A stretch of 32,000 nt of DNA from Novosphingobium aureum. GTDB lineage: Bacteria > Pseudomonadota > Alphaproteobacteria > Sphingomonadales > Sphingomonadaceae. Positions within the stretch are counted from its first letter, which is position 1, and each line of letters opens with the position of its first letter. Shown here in pieces: positions 15,176-25,400 of this stretch. Under the pieces are notes generated by a model. It saw only the letters and a list, made by a program, of their open reading frames with translations, was not told the origin of the DNA and searched no databases. The position numbers and the translations under genes were made by a program. Where the stretch lies: NCBI RefSeq assembly GCF_015865035.1, contig NZ_JADZGI010000001.1, positions 88,593 through 120,592 on the forward strand, written 5' to 3'.

Positions 15176-16294
15176 CTAAGGAGTTTCGACCGGGGATAGG
15201 GAAAATTGTATTGCGCTATCCCCGGTCAGCGCGTGCTTTTTCTCTCTAGAGCCCTGTTTGTTCAGCAGTTTCTTAGCCCATAAATCGACCGCATCGCGCT
15301 TCTCTCTCATATAATCGTGCGTGTCGTAGATGCCGCCCACGCCGGGGATGAGGTGACCGAGCAGTTGCTCCGAATGGAGGTGGGGTATGCCCAACTCCGA
15401 CATTCCAGATTTCACCGAGCGGCGAATGTCGTGGACTGTCCATGGCTCGAGCGGCGGCAAACCGTCCTTCTCGCCTAGCTCAGCGATCTTGACATCAAGC
15501 TGCAATTTCGCCTTCGAGAAACCGCTTATCGGTCTGTCCCCTTTGTCGGTGGGGAACAGATGGTGGGTCTTTTCGATCTTCTCGGGGAGGGCCTTGTAGC
15601 TGGGCAAATCTTTGATGATCGCCACGGCCGGGTCCGAAAGAGGATAGGTGTGCGTCTTGTCGGTCTTGTAATGCCATGCGGGGACCGTCACGCATCGCTT
15701 CTTCATATCGAGCCAGTCGGTGTTGAGATTTGCGACCTCGGAACGGCGCTGCCCGGTCAGGATAAGTAGCTGAATCACGCGACCGTACCGATAGCCGAGT
15801 TCCTCGGCTGCATCCCAAACGCGCCGGAGTTCATCAACCGATAGCGACCGAGTGCGGGCCTTGTAGGCGAATGCCTTCTGCGCCTTCTTAGTCTTGATGC
15901 TGACCACCGGATTGACCGCGATCATCTCCTCTTCGATTGCCCAAAAGAAGAGAGTGCGGAGACGCTTGCGGACCTCCCGCGCGGCCGAAAGGCCGCTGAG
16001 TTCATACCTCTCTTCTGCCCTCAGCTTCTTTGCCTTCTCGGCTCGCTCCCGTGCGCGTTCGATGCCCTGCTCGCGGACCTTCGACAGGAGGGCGGAAACG
16101 TCGGCGCGGCCGATTTCGTCTATGACCCTCCCTGTCCAGCGAGGTAGCACATAGTTGTCGAAGTACGCCTTTGTGGACTTCCATTCCTTCTGCTCGAGCT
16201 TGGCGTATTCGTCGATGAACCGCTCGACGATGGCCTCGAAGGTGCGAGCATTTCGCTCAATCGCCTCGGTCTTACGCTGCTGGGCCGGGTTCAC
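15176..16294 (-). CDS. int: tyrosine integrase (P4-type core), apparently lacking the N-terminal arm-binding domain
   Basis: Catalytic region HDIRRSVKSGMSELG...LLGHLIPGVGGIYDTHDY. The only available start is GTG 16294, with the SD-like GAAGGGG directly abutting it. See the finding on truncation. Confidence 0.8.
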   Translation of the reverse strand: MNPAQQRKTEAIERNARTFEAIVERFIDEYAKLEQKEWKSTKAYFDNYVLPRWTGRVIDEIGRADVSALLSKVREQGIERARERAEKAKKLRAEERYELSGLSAAREVRKRLRTLFFWAIEEEMIAVNPVVSIKTKKAQKAFAYKARTRSLSVDELRRVWDAAEELGYRYGRVIQLLILTGQRRSEVANLNTDWLDMKKRCVTVPAWHYKTDKTHTYPLSDPAVAIIKDLPSYKALPEKIEKTHHLFPTDKGDRPISGFSKAKLQLDVKIAELGEKDGLPPLEPWTVHDIRRSVKSGMSELGIPHLHSEQLLGHLIPGVGGIYDTHDYMREKRDAVDLWAKKLLNKQGSREKKHALTGDSAIQFSLSPVETP

Positions 16295-16418
16295 CCCCTT
16301 CTCTGCAAGATCGAGGGCATCACGCGCTGCATCTCGGGCCTTTGTAAATCCTCAGAAAGTCGAGCTTTTCCTATCGTGGCTAGACTTCGAGAAACCCGGC
16401 TAGATTGGGTAGCTCAGA

Positions 16419-16464
16419 CCTCCGAAGGCAGAGGCCACAGGTTCGAATCCTGTCGGGTGCGCCA
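16419..16464. repeat. attR: 46-bp direct repeat (displaced 3' part of tRNA-Arg)
   Basis: Identical to 6184-6229. It is preceded by gggtagctcag, which matches the tRNA D-arm segment 6160-6168. Confidence 0.9.
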
Positions 16465-16527
16465 TTTCTCAACAACTTGCCTCGACCGCAGCGTCGCTAC
16501 TTGAGCGATGCAGAGCAGCGCGCGTCG

Positions 16528-19146
16528 TCAGAAGTCGTGGGTGAAGTCCAGCGAGATCGTGCGCGGGATCGCGCCGTAGATCTGGCGTTCGTCGAAGGCA
16601 TTGCGCTGGACCTGTGCCGCTGCTGACGAATCGAGCACGTTGCGCAAGGTCAGCGTCAGGTCCCAGCCCTTGCCGCCAAGTCCCATGGTGAGGTCGAGCG
16701 TGGCGCGCGCCGGTGTGCGTACGTAGCCGGTGATGTCCGGGTTGAATTGCGAGGCGAACGAGTCTGCCGTGGCCAGATCGAGCCGGGCACGCCAGGTCAG
16801 GTCAGTGCGCAGGCGTCCCTCCCATGCGATCGCGGCATTGCCAGCCAGCGGCGGCACCATCGGTACCCGATCTCCCGCAAGCCCCTGCCCGACCGGACTG
16901 GGCCAGCGCTAATTCTCCGCAAGCCGGGAATCGGTCCATGTGGCGTTGAGGCTGAAAGTCCCGCCCGGGACCGGTTTCCACTCGAGCCCCAGTTCGACCC
17001 CGTCGATATCCACGTCGCCGACATTGGTGTTGTAGGTAAAGGCGCTGTTGGCGCTGTTCGCCGAATAGATCATGTCCGACCAGTCGATGTGATAGGCAGC
17101 CAGTTGCAGATCAAGCGCCGGGCCGGGCAGATGCGCGCGCAGGCCCGCTTCGTAGCTGCGCAGCGAGTCGGCATGGTAGGTACGCTCGGTCTCGGTGAGG
17201 GCAGGCGTGATGTTGACCCCGCCGGGACGGAAGCCGTCGGCAATCTGGATATAGCCAAGCAGGCCGCGTGCCGGTCGCCAGGCGAGCTGCGCCTTGTAGT
17301 TCGAACCGTTCTCGCGCGTGGTGAACTGGCCCGGTGCAATATCGGCGGTACCGGTGATGAGGTTGGGAATGACGATTTCGCCTCCCGCCTCGCGAAAATA
17401 ATGGAAGAAGCGAAAGCCACCGGTCACGGTGAGCGACGACGTGAGACTGCGGCTCGCCTCGCCGAACACCGCGAACTGGTCGAGACCGGTATGGATCGTG
17501 CGAAATCCGGTCACGTCCAGCGGCTTGAGCACCAGTCCGCTGGCGGTATCGCCGAGCGCGGTAATGCTGTCCACGCGGCTGCGACGGCGCTCGGCGAAGA
17601 GGCCCAGCGTGACGGCCATGTCCGCCAGCGCCTCGGAATGGAACCGCAGTTCGCCATTGGCGCTGGTCACGTGCATCGGCTGGTAGAGCAAGGCTGGCAG
17701 GCGCGAGCTTGCATATGCCTCGTAGGCTGCCCACTGCGCGGCGTCGCACGTGCCGCCGGCTGGCAGCGCGTTGTAGCGGCTGCAGGCCGCCGGGCTGTCC
17801 ACCTGACCCGCGATGACGTCGCTGAAATCGCTCTGGCGGGTCACGTTCCAGCGGTAGAGCGTACCCGAGGCGGTCAGCATTCCCCAGTCGGTCATGACCT
17901 CGAGCACGGCATTGCCCAGGGTCAGGGTGTTCTCGTTTGGCATACGCACCGGGACGTCGCTGAGGTAGAGACCGGCCTCGTCGTTCCAGAACCTGCCGGC
18001 ATCGATCCGGCTCGCCTGGCGCAGCCCCGATACGCGCAGCGTGACGTCGGGACCCGGTTTCCACTCGAGCGCCAACCGGCCGCCGATGCGATCGGTTGCG
18101 CCCAGATTCTCCTGCGCGACAAGCGGTTGGTCGATATAACCGCCAATGCGGCGCGTGTAGCCCACCGCGCGCACGGCCAGGCGGTCCTTGGCCAGTGGCA
18201 GGTTCAGCATCGCCGAGGCATTGTAGCCCGCACCGCCGCCGCGGGTCGTTGCCAGCCCGGTATGGACCTGTGCGGCGGCAGCGGCAGGATCGGGCCGGTT
18301 GAAATGGATGCGCAAGGTCCCGCCCATCGAACTGGCGCCGTAGAGCGTGCCTTGCGGACCGCGCAGCAGTTCGATGCGATCGATGTCGACCAGTTCCTGG
18401 TCCGGCGTGATCCAGCCCGGATCGAAGGTCGTGCCCGAAGGGCCGGTCACCGGGGCATCGCCGTAGTAGACCCCGACGGTAGCCTCGCCCCGGCCATAGA
18501 CCCCGCGGATGGTAAGACGCTGGGCGCCGCTGCTCGCCTCGGACATGGCCAGCGAGGGCGTGGCGCTGGCCAGTTCGCGCAAGTCGCGGATTTCGCGCCG
18601 CGCCAGCGATGCGCCCGGCATGACCGAGAGGTCAGCGGCGCTTTCGGCCAGGATCGTGGGATACTTGAAGGCGGTCACCATGATGTCGCGCTTCGGCTCG
18701 CCCTGTACGGCAGTAGCCGTTTCGCGAGCCTTTGCCGCATGCCGCGAGCCCGCGACGATCATCACCGCATCGGGACCAAGCCGACGCACCGCGAACCCGG
18801 ACCCTGCGAGAATGCGTTCGAGCGCGACCTGCCGGCCGCAACTGGCGTGTAGCCCAGGGCCGGTACGGTTGGCGACGAGTTCGGGTGCGAAGAGTATCTG
18901 CATTCCGCTCTGGCGCGCGAAAGTGAGCAGGGCCAGCCGCAATGGCCCGGCCGGGATGTCGAAGCGCTGCTCCGCCTCGTTCGTCGTGTCCGCAAGCGCG
19001 GCCTCGGGCATGGACAATGCAAGCAAAGGCGTACCGGCAAGAGCAGCAACAAGCCGCAAGCTACCAGCCCGGTGGAACGCCATGCGCCCCCGCCATGCCC
19101 CCTTGCCTAGGATCATCGAACCCTCTGTTGCGGCCGTCCCTGTCAC
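16528..19146 (-). pseudogene. FecA-like TonB-dependent transducer (STN domain + plug + barrel) interrupted by an in-frame TAG
   Basis: ORFs 16909..19146 and 16528..16860 are in the same frame, separated by a single TAG at 16911-16909 (...TWTDSRLAEN*RWPSPVGQGLAGDRVPMVPP...). STN domain: SGMQILFAPELV...ALERILAGSGF. The C-terminus is ...ISLDFTHDF. The likely true start is ATG 19083 (signal peptide). Confidence 0.8.
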
Positions 19147-19270
19147 GGCCTTGCAATCGTTTATCCGAAGGGAGCTTCCACCCTTGACCCCCCAGAATCA
19201 ATATGATCTTCTCGTGACAGAACAAAAATCTGGGTGAGGTTGCCTGCACAAGACAACAGCGGGGGCAATC

Positions 19271-19783
19271 ATGGGGTTACGTTCGGGAGTCGGACGCGTT
19301 CAGGACGCGGAAGACGACTCCGGGGTACTTAGACTGGTGCACAATTTCTTCGTCCGGCGACTTGGTTCGCAGGACGCGGAGGACATGGTGCAGGAAGTCG
19401 CCTTGCGGCTCCACCAGCGTCGCTCGAACGAGCAGATCGAGTCTCGCGAAGGCTATGCCGTCCAGGTTGCCCGCAGCGTGCTGACCGATCGCTGGCGGCG
19501 AGAAAGCGTGCGGCAACGCGATCGGCACGTGACGCTCGAAGACTATCACCATCCGGTTGAGGACATCTCTCCCGCGCGCGTCCTGGAAGGAAAGGAAAGA
19601 CTGACGCAAGTGCTGCGTTCGCTCGAGGAATTACCCGATCGTACGCGGCAGGTCTTTGTCCTTCATCGCTTCGAGGAATTGAGCTATGCGGCCATCGCAT
19701 CCCACATGGAGATATCGGTCAGCGCGGTTGAAAAGCACATCATGAAGGCAATCAAGCACCTTGCAAAGCGGATGGGCGACTGA
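19271..19783 (+). CDS. ECF sigma factor (FecI-like)
   Basis: Region 2 AEDMVQEVALRLHQ, and region 4 LPDRTRQVFVLHRFEELSYAAIASHMEISVSAVEKHI. Confidence 0.85.
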   Translation: MGLRSGVGRVQDAEDDSGVLRLVHNFFVRRLGSQDAEDMVQEVALRLHQRRSNEQIESREGYAVQVARSVLTDRWRRESVRQRDRHVTLEDYHHPVEDISPARVLEGKERLTQVLRSLEELPDRTRQVFVLHRFEELSYAAIASHMEISVSAVEKHIMKAIKHLAKRMGD

Positions 19784-19787
19784 CCCG

Positions 19788-20780
19788 ATGACCGCCCAAA
19801 CCACCGCGGACGACACCGCGGCCTTCTGGTATGCCCGGCTCGGCGCCGACGACCTGCACGCCGCCGACCGCGAAGCCTTCGAAACCTGGCTCGAGTCCGA
19901 CACGGAAAATCGCCGCGCCTGGCTCCGGGTCGAGCGCGCTGCGCTTGCTGCCGACACTCTGGCCGTCTCGCCCGAAGCGCGCGCCCTCGTCGCCGACGCA
20001 CTGGCCAGTCCGGCACGCGATCGCGCGCCCTTGCGCAAGAAGCGCGCGCCGGTTCTGGCCATGGCCGCCGCTGCCGTGCTGACTTTGGGTATAGGGTCGA
20101 TCACCTGGCTCAACTACGCCACTGGCGAGGACACTCCGGCTGCGGCGACGCAGACTTTCGCCAGCGCTGCAGGCGAGAAGCGCGAATTCATGCTCGAGGA
20201 CGGCTCCAAGGTCGTGCTCGATGCCGCATCCGAAGTGAAGGTCGCGGCGAACAGCGGCGGACGCACGCTCGAGCTCACCCGCGGCGAGGCCTACTTCACC
20301 GTTGCTAAGGACCGCGAACACCCCTTCACCGTCACCGCCGCCGGCTACACCGTCACCGCGCTCGGCACGCAGTTCGACGTCGATCTCGCCGGACACGGTA
20401 GCGGCCTCAAGGTGGCCCTGATCGAAGGCAAGGTGGGCATCACGCGCGAACAGGACGAGGAAAGCTGGATCCTCACCCCGGGCATGGTGCTCTCGGTCGC
20501 AGGCGACGAGGTCAGGCTGAGCGAGAAGAGCGCTGCGCAGGCAGTGGGCTGGATGAGCGGGACGATCACCTTCGACAATGCCCCGCTCGGCGAAGTTGTG
20601 GCGCGGATGAACCGCTATCTGCCGCATCGCCTGACCATCGATCCACGGCTCGAGAAGCGCAGCTTCAGCGGCCTCGTGCGCACTGACGACGATGCCGCGC
20701 TGATTGAGGCGCTCGAAGCCTACGGCATCGCCCGCGCCCGCAAGCGCGACGACGGCGTGGTGGAACTGGTCCCCTACTGA
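19788..20780 (+). CDS. FecR-family anti-sigma / signal transducer
   Basis: The N-terminus AAFWYARLGADDL...REAFETWLESDTENRRAW, a single TM segment (VLAMAAAAVLTLGIG) and a FecR periplasmic domain. ATG 19788 lies just after the sigma factor stop. Confidence 0.85.
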   Translation: MTAQTTADDTAAFWYARLGADDLHAADREAFETWLESDTENRRAWLRVERAALAADTLAVSPEARALVADALASPARDRAPLRKKRAPVLAMAAAAVLTLGIGSITWLNYATGEDTPAAATQTFASAAGEKREFMLEDGSKVVLDAASEVKVAANSGGRTLELTRGEAYFTVAKDREHPFTVTAAGYTVTALGTQFDVDLAGHGSGLKVALIEGKVGITREQDEESWILTPGMVLSVAGDEVRLSEKSAAQAVGWMSGTITFDNAPLGEVVARMNRYLPHRLTIDPRLEKRSFSGLVRTDDDAALIEALEAYGIARARKRDDGVVELVPY

Positions 20781-20819
20781 GCCCCTGCCTGCCGAAAGCT
20801 CTGCGCATCACCGGACGAG

Positions 20820-20856
20820 AAAAGGGCGAAGCCGCAGACCGCGACTTCGCCCTTTT
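20820..20856. terminator. bidirectional rho-independent terminator between convergent genes
   Basis: aaaagggcgaag-13 nt loop-cttcgccctttt, with an A-tract on one side and a T-tract on the other. Confidence 0.7.
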
Positions 20857-20879
20857 GCATGAATACGCCGGTTGCCCGC

Positions 20880-22349
20880 TCAGTCGGTCGGCGCAACGCC
20901 CTTGCGGTAGTCGAGCGGCGGCGCGCGGTCGCCGATCATGGCCTCGTAGACGAAATCCTCGCCGCGCCGCTCCTTGAACTCGGCTGTTGCTGCGGTGATT
21001 TCCTCGGGGCTCGCGAAAAGTTCGGCAGCGGTCAGCGCAAGCGTCTTGGAGGCGACCATCGCCCCCTTGAGGCCGATCGTCGAACCGGCGGCCGCGACGT
21101 TCTGCCAGCTGTGCCCGGCAGAGCCCGGAACGAAGGTCGCGGTCGAAAGGCCGACGGTGGGCGTCACCCAGCTCACGTCGGAGACGTCGGTCGAGCCCGA
21201 CATGCCCTTCTCGAAGACAGCGGCAGGCTCGATCTCTCCGACACGCTCGATCGGAGGGGCCTTGCCGGTGAAGCTCTCCTGGATCTTGCGTCCGAAGGCC
21301 TTCTCCTCCTCGGTCCAGGTGATGCCGCCGACCTTGTGCAGCGAGCGGTCCATGACCTTCATCAGCACTTCGTTGGGCAGGAGGCTGTAGACGCCGCCGG
21401 TCTGCTCGAAGTCGACCTTGGTCTGCGTGCCCATCGCCGCGCCGTTGGCGGCTTCCTTCACCCAGTCCATCACGCGGCGCACGACCTGCGGATCGACGTG
21501 GCGCACGTAGTAGTAGACCTCGGCCTCGTCGGGCACGACGTTGGGGGCCTTGCCGCCATCGGTGATGACGTAGTGGATGCGCGTTGATTCGGGGATGTGC
21601 TCGCGCATCATGTTGACCATCGCGTCCATCGCCTCGACCCCGTCGAGTGCGGAACGGCCCTTGTCGGGAGCGCCGGCGGCATGGGCGGACTTGCCATGGA
21701 AGCGGAACTTGCCCGAGATGTTGGCGAGGCTGGGCCCCTGCGCGGCCGAATTGGTGTCGCCCGGGTGCCAGTGCAGCGCGATGTCGACATCGTCGAACAG
21801 CCCGTCGCGCACCATGTAGGCCTTGGCCGAGCCGCCTTCTTCGGCAGGCGTTCCGTAGACGCGGATCTCGCCCTTGATGTTGTTCGCGGCCATCCACTGC
21901 TTAACCGCGATGCCGGCGTAAGTCGACGCAGTGCCGAACAGGTTGTGGCCGCAGCCGTGGCCTGCGTTGCCACCAAGCGAATGGCGCGTGGGCTCGGCAG
22001 CCTGCGAGAGGCCGGGCAGGGCGTCGAACTCGGCGAGAACGGCGACCACCGGACCTTCGCCGTTACGGTAGCTGGCGACGAAGGCGGTCGGCTGACCGGC
22101 GATCCCCGGCTTGACGGTAAAGCCGGCCTTGGAGAGGCGCGATTGCAGCAGCGCCGAGCTCTGCGTCTCGAGATAGCCCAGTTCAGCGTAGTTCCAGATC
22201 TTGAGCGCGGTATCGTCGAAGGTCGTCTTGTCGCCTTCGAGCGAGGCGAGAATCTGGTCCTGCTGCGCCTCGGGCAGGGGCTGGGCAAGTGCCGGGCCTG
22301 CCAGCACCGCGGCGAGAGCGCCGAGCGCGGCGAATGTCATGGTCTTCAT
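20880..22349 (-). CDS. secreted M20-family amidohydrolase/peptidase (AbgB-like)
   Basis: Starts at MKTMTFAALGALAAVLAGPALAQ (signal peptide) within the 725-aa ORF. Contains HGCGHNLFG and GTPAEEGGSAKAYM. The longer ORF runs through terminator hairpins. Confidence 0.85.
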   Translation of the reverse strand: MKTMTFAALGALAAVLAGPALAQPLPEAQQDQILASLEGDKTTFDDTALKIWNYAELGYLETQSSALLQSRLSKAGFTVKPGIAGQPTAFVASYRNGEGPVVAVLAEFDALPGLSQAAEPTRHSLGGNAGHGCGHNLFGTASTYAGIAVKQWMAANNIKGEIRVYGTPAEEGGSAKAYMVRDGLFDDVDIALHWHPGDTNSAAQGPSLANISGKFRFHGKSAHAAGAPDKGRSALDGVEAMDAMVNMMREHIPESTRIHYVITDGGKAPNVVPDEAEVYYYVRHVDPQVVRRVMDWVKEAANGAAMGTQTKVDFEQTGGVYSLLPNEVLMKVMDRSLHKVGGITWTEEEKAFGRKIQESFTGKAPPIERVGEIEPAAVFEKGMSGSTDVSDVSWVTPTVGLSTATFVPGSAGHSWQNVAAAGSTIGLKGAMVASKTLALTAAELFASPEEITAATAEFKERRGEDFVYEAMIGDRAPPLDYRKGVAPTD

Positions 22350-22371
22350 GCGTATTCCTCGAAAGTGTCGC

Positions 22372-22417
22372 AAAAACGCGGCGCCTGCCCGGCCTTGGAG
22401 AGTACCGGGCAGGCGCC
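22372..22417 (-). terminator. rho-independent terminator downstream of the TonB-dependent receptor
   Basis: On the minus strand: ggcgcctgcccgg-12 nt loop-ccgggcaggcgcc, followed by gcgttttt. Confidence 0.7.
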
Positions 22418-22456
22418 TCGACCGGTCGGACCGGCGCGCGGTCCGACCGGTCGCGA

Positions 22457-25400
22457 TCAGAACTTCTTGGTAATGGCGGCGTTGAAGTAGCGGCCGATCA
22501 CATCGTAGTTCTGGGCATCGTAGGTGCCGCGGATATCGCCCACCTGGGGCGGCTTGCGGTTGAACATGTTGGTCACGCTGATGCGCAGCTCGGTATCGCC
22601 GGGCATGATTGCGCGGGCGTTGAGATCGAACACGTCGTAGGCGCTGACGCCGCGGGTGGTGCTCGAGGGGCTGACGACGCGCGCCGAGGCGATCATCGAG
22701 TCGAGGTGGCGCCAGCGCAGGCCGAAACCGTACCCGTCCTTCGACCAGCCCAGCGAGGTGATCGTCTTCCACTCTGGGTGCGCCGTGCCCGCGCCCGATT
22801 CGATGCCGGTGCCGATCGAGCCCGCATAGTCGTAGGTACTCGCGCCGGGCAGGGCCTGGATCTCGAACTTGTCGAGGTAGCTTGCCGCCACGTTGAGCGA
22901 GATCTGGCCGGGATCGCCGCCGAAGATCTGGTCGAGGCCGAAGCGCCAGTCGAACTGGACGTCGATACCGCGCACGTTGAACGTGCCCAGGTTGAGCAGG
23001 GGCTGGACCGGGTTGACCGGAACGCCGCTGTCGGTGCTGCGCTCGATCAGCGAGCAATAGTAGTTGTCCGGGTCGTAGCTCGGGTTGTTACCGCCCGAGT
23101 TGTAGCAGAACTGAATCCCCTGAGCGATCGAGAGCGGCCCGATCGCGTCCTTGATCTTGATCTGGTACCAGTCGACCGAGAGCGACATGTTCGACAGCAT
23201 CGGCGTCATGAACGGCGAGGTGAGGACCGCACCGAGCGAGAGGGTGTCGGCCTTTTCTTCCTGCAGGTCGGGGTTGCCGCCGGTGAGCGCAAAGACCTGC
23301 GCGGTGCCCAGCTGGTAGCTGTCGATGATCGCCTCGGGGATGCCCTGGGCGAGACACAGCTCGCGCACCGCATCACCGTTTGCGCCCTGACGATAGGACG
23401 AGCGCACGTCGCACGGGTCGCCGTTGGTATTGCTGGCGCTCGGCGTGCCGATACCGACCGAACCGGTCGAGACCGGGGCGAACAGCTCGCCCACGCTCGG
23501 TGCGCGGATGGCGCGGTTGTACCCGCCGCGCAGACGGATCGAGTCGATAACGCGCCAGTCGAAGTCGGCCTTGTAGGTGTGCACCCCGCCGACCGAGCTG
23601 TAGTCCGAATAGCGATAACCGAGGTCGAGGTTGAATTCCTGGATCGCGGGCAGGTCGTGCAGCACCGGCACGAAGAGCTCGGCGAAGACTTCCTTGGTCG
23701 AGACCGAGCCCGAAGCCGGACGCAATACCGAATAGCCCAGAATGTCGCTCGTGCCATTGGCCTGCGCGAGCTGGTTGTCGGGCTCGAAGCCGTAGCCGTT
23801 GTAGCGATAGTCCGCGCCGAGCGCGAAGCGGACCTCGCCGGCGGGCGCATCGAACAGTCCGCCCTGGATCGAGCCCTCCACCGTGCGCTGGCGCAAGGTG
23901 TTGGTGTTGAGCGTGCGGCGGGTGATGTAGTCGATGCACTCCTGCGACGGGGTCAGGTTGCCGAAGGGGTTGAAGCCGCCCTCGCACAGTTCGCTGCCCC
24001 CGGTCGGGCTGTTGAGCAGCTCGGCGAGCGCCGAGGCGCTGGCACCGCCGACCTGCTCGTTCTCGAACTTGGCGCGGCTGACCGAGCCGTAGAGTTCCCA
24101 GGTCCAGTCCTTGACGCCCAGGTTGCCGTCGAAGCCGAAGGTGCCCTGCCACACGTTGTAGCGGTAGGCCTGGAGGCGCTGGCCCAGGACGTTGAAGGCC
24201 TTGTAGAAAGTGAAGTTTGCGTCGGGATCGGCGCGCGAGGCAAGGATCGAGGCGAACTCGTCGGTAATGTAGGGATTGGTCACCGGAACCGAGAGGCCGT
24301 AGACGTTCGAGGCCAGCGTCGGGTTGGCCACGCCTACCGAGCTGTAGTCGGTCATGGTGAACTGGCCAAAGGCGCGGATACTGTCGGTCAGCTCGTAATC
24401 GACCTTGGCAAAGACCGAGTAGCGGTTGAGGTCCGACTGGAGCGAGGAGCCGGTATAGCCGAAATTGAGCTGCTGGTTGGTCGGGCTGGTCGAGACGAGA
24501 TAGGCAGAATCGCTCTCGGGGTCGCGCAGGTTGTAGACCGGTACGCCGACCTCGCTGAACAGCGTCTGGTCGGTGTTGAAGCCGAACCAGCCGGTGTACT
24601 GGCCGGCCGCGTTGCCGGGCAGGGCAGGGGTCCCGTAGATGCCCTCGAACACCGCGTTGACCGCATCGAGGCTCGGCGTGTTGGCACCGAACAGCACCGT
24701 ACCCTGCCGGATCGTCGCGAGGCCGGCACGATCGGAGCGATAGCGGTAGTAATCACGCCGGTACTGCAGCGCGCGTTCGCGCTTGGTGTAGTCGAACGAG
24801 ATCACCGCCGAACCGCGCCCGTCGGCGAATTCGCCGCCGGCCACGGCGCCCAGACGATAGCTCTCGCCGTCGCCGTATTCGCTGGTACCGGCCTCTCCGT
24901 GCACTTCGAGGCCCTCGAAATTGCGCTTGAGGCGGAAGTTGACGACGCCGGCGGTAGCGTCCGAACCATAGGTGGTCGAAGCACCGCCGGTGATCACCTC
25001 GACGCTCTCGATCAGCGCCTCGGGAATGGTGTTGAGGTCGACCGAACCGTCGGGGTTGGAGGGCTGCAGGCGGCGCCCGTCGAGCAGGATCAGGGTACGC
25101 TTGGCACCGAGGCCGCGAAGGCTGGCATAGGCCTGGCCGCCGTTGAGGCCGGTGCTGGTGCTGCCGCCGTTCGATTCACCGAAGGCACCGGCGAACTGCG
25201 GCATCTGTGCGAGCGACTTCTCGACCGTCAGGCGCCCGCTGTCCTCGAGCGCATCGTTGCCGATCGAGACGATCGGGCTGTTGGCGACGTAGTCGGGCCG
25301 GGCAATGCGCGAGCCGGTGACGACGATGCTGCCGACATCCTCGGGCTCGGCCGCGGGCGGCGCGTCGGGCAGGCTCTGAGCCATGGCGCCACTGGCGAGG

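Noticed and set aside
12311-15181. 10-mer gggcctaagg present at both 12311-12320 and 15172-15181
   Set aside because: Dozens of exact 10-mer pairs are expected by chance within 10 kb, and nothing supports a function.
16747-18852. 701-aa plus-strand ORF
   Set aside because: Antisense shadow of the FecA-like transducer, with no recognisable domains.
19084-19270. FecI-type ECF promoter upstream of the transducer gene
   Set aside because: I could not find a convincing -35/-10 pair (for example TAAAT-N16-CGT or GGAAC-N16-CGTC) by eye. It is left unannotated.
20665-21897. 410-aa minus-strand ORF and other overlapping frames in the M20 gene region
   Set aside because: An alternative frame of the M20 amidohydrolase gene. 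Its Arg/Gly/Pro-rich product runs across the bidirectional terminator.
22350-23057. N-terminal extension of the M20 ORF to 725 aa
   Set aside because: The extension reads through two terminator hairpins and into the receptor gene in another frame. An internal ATG at 22349 gives a clean signal peptide.
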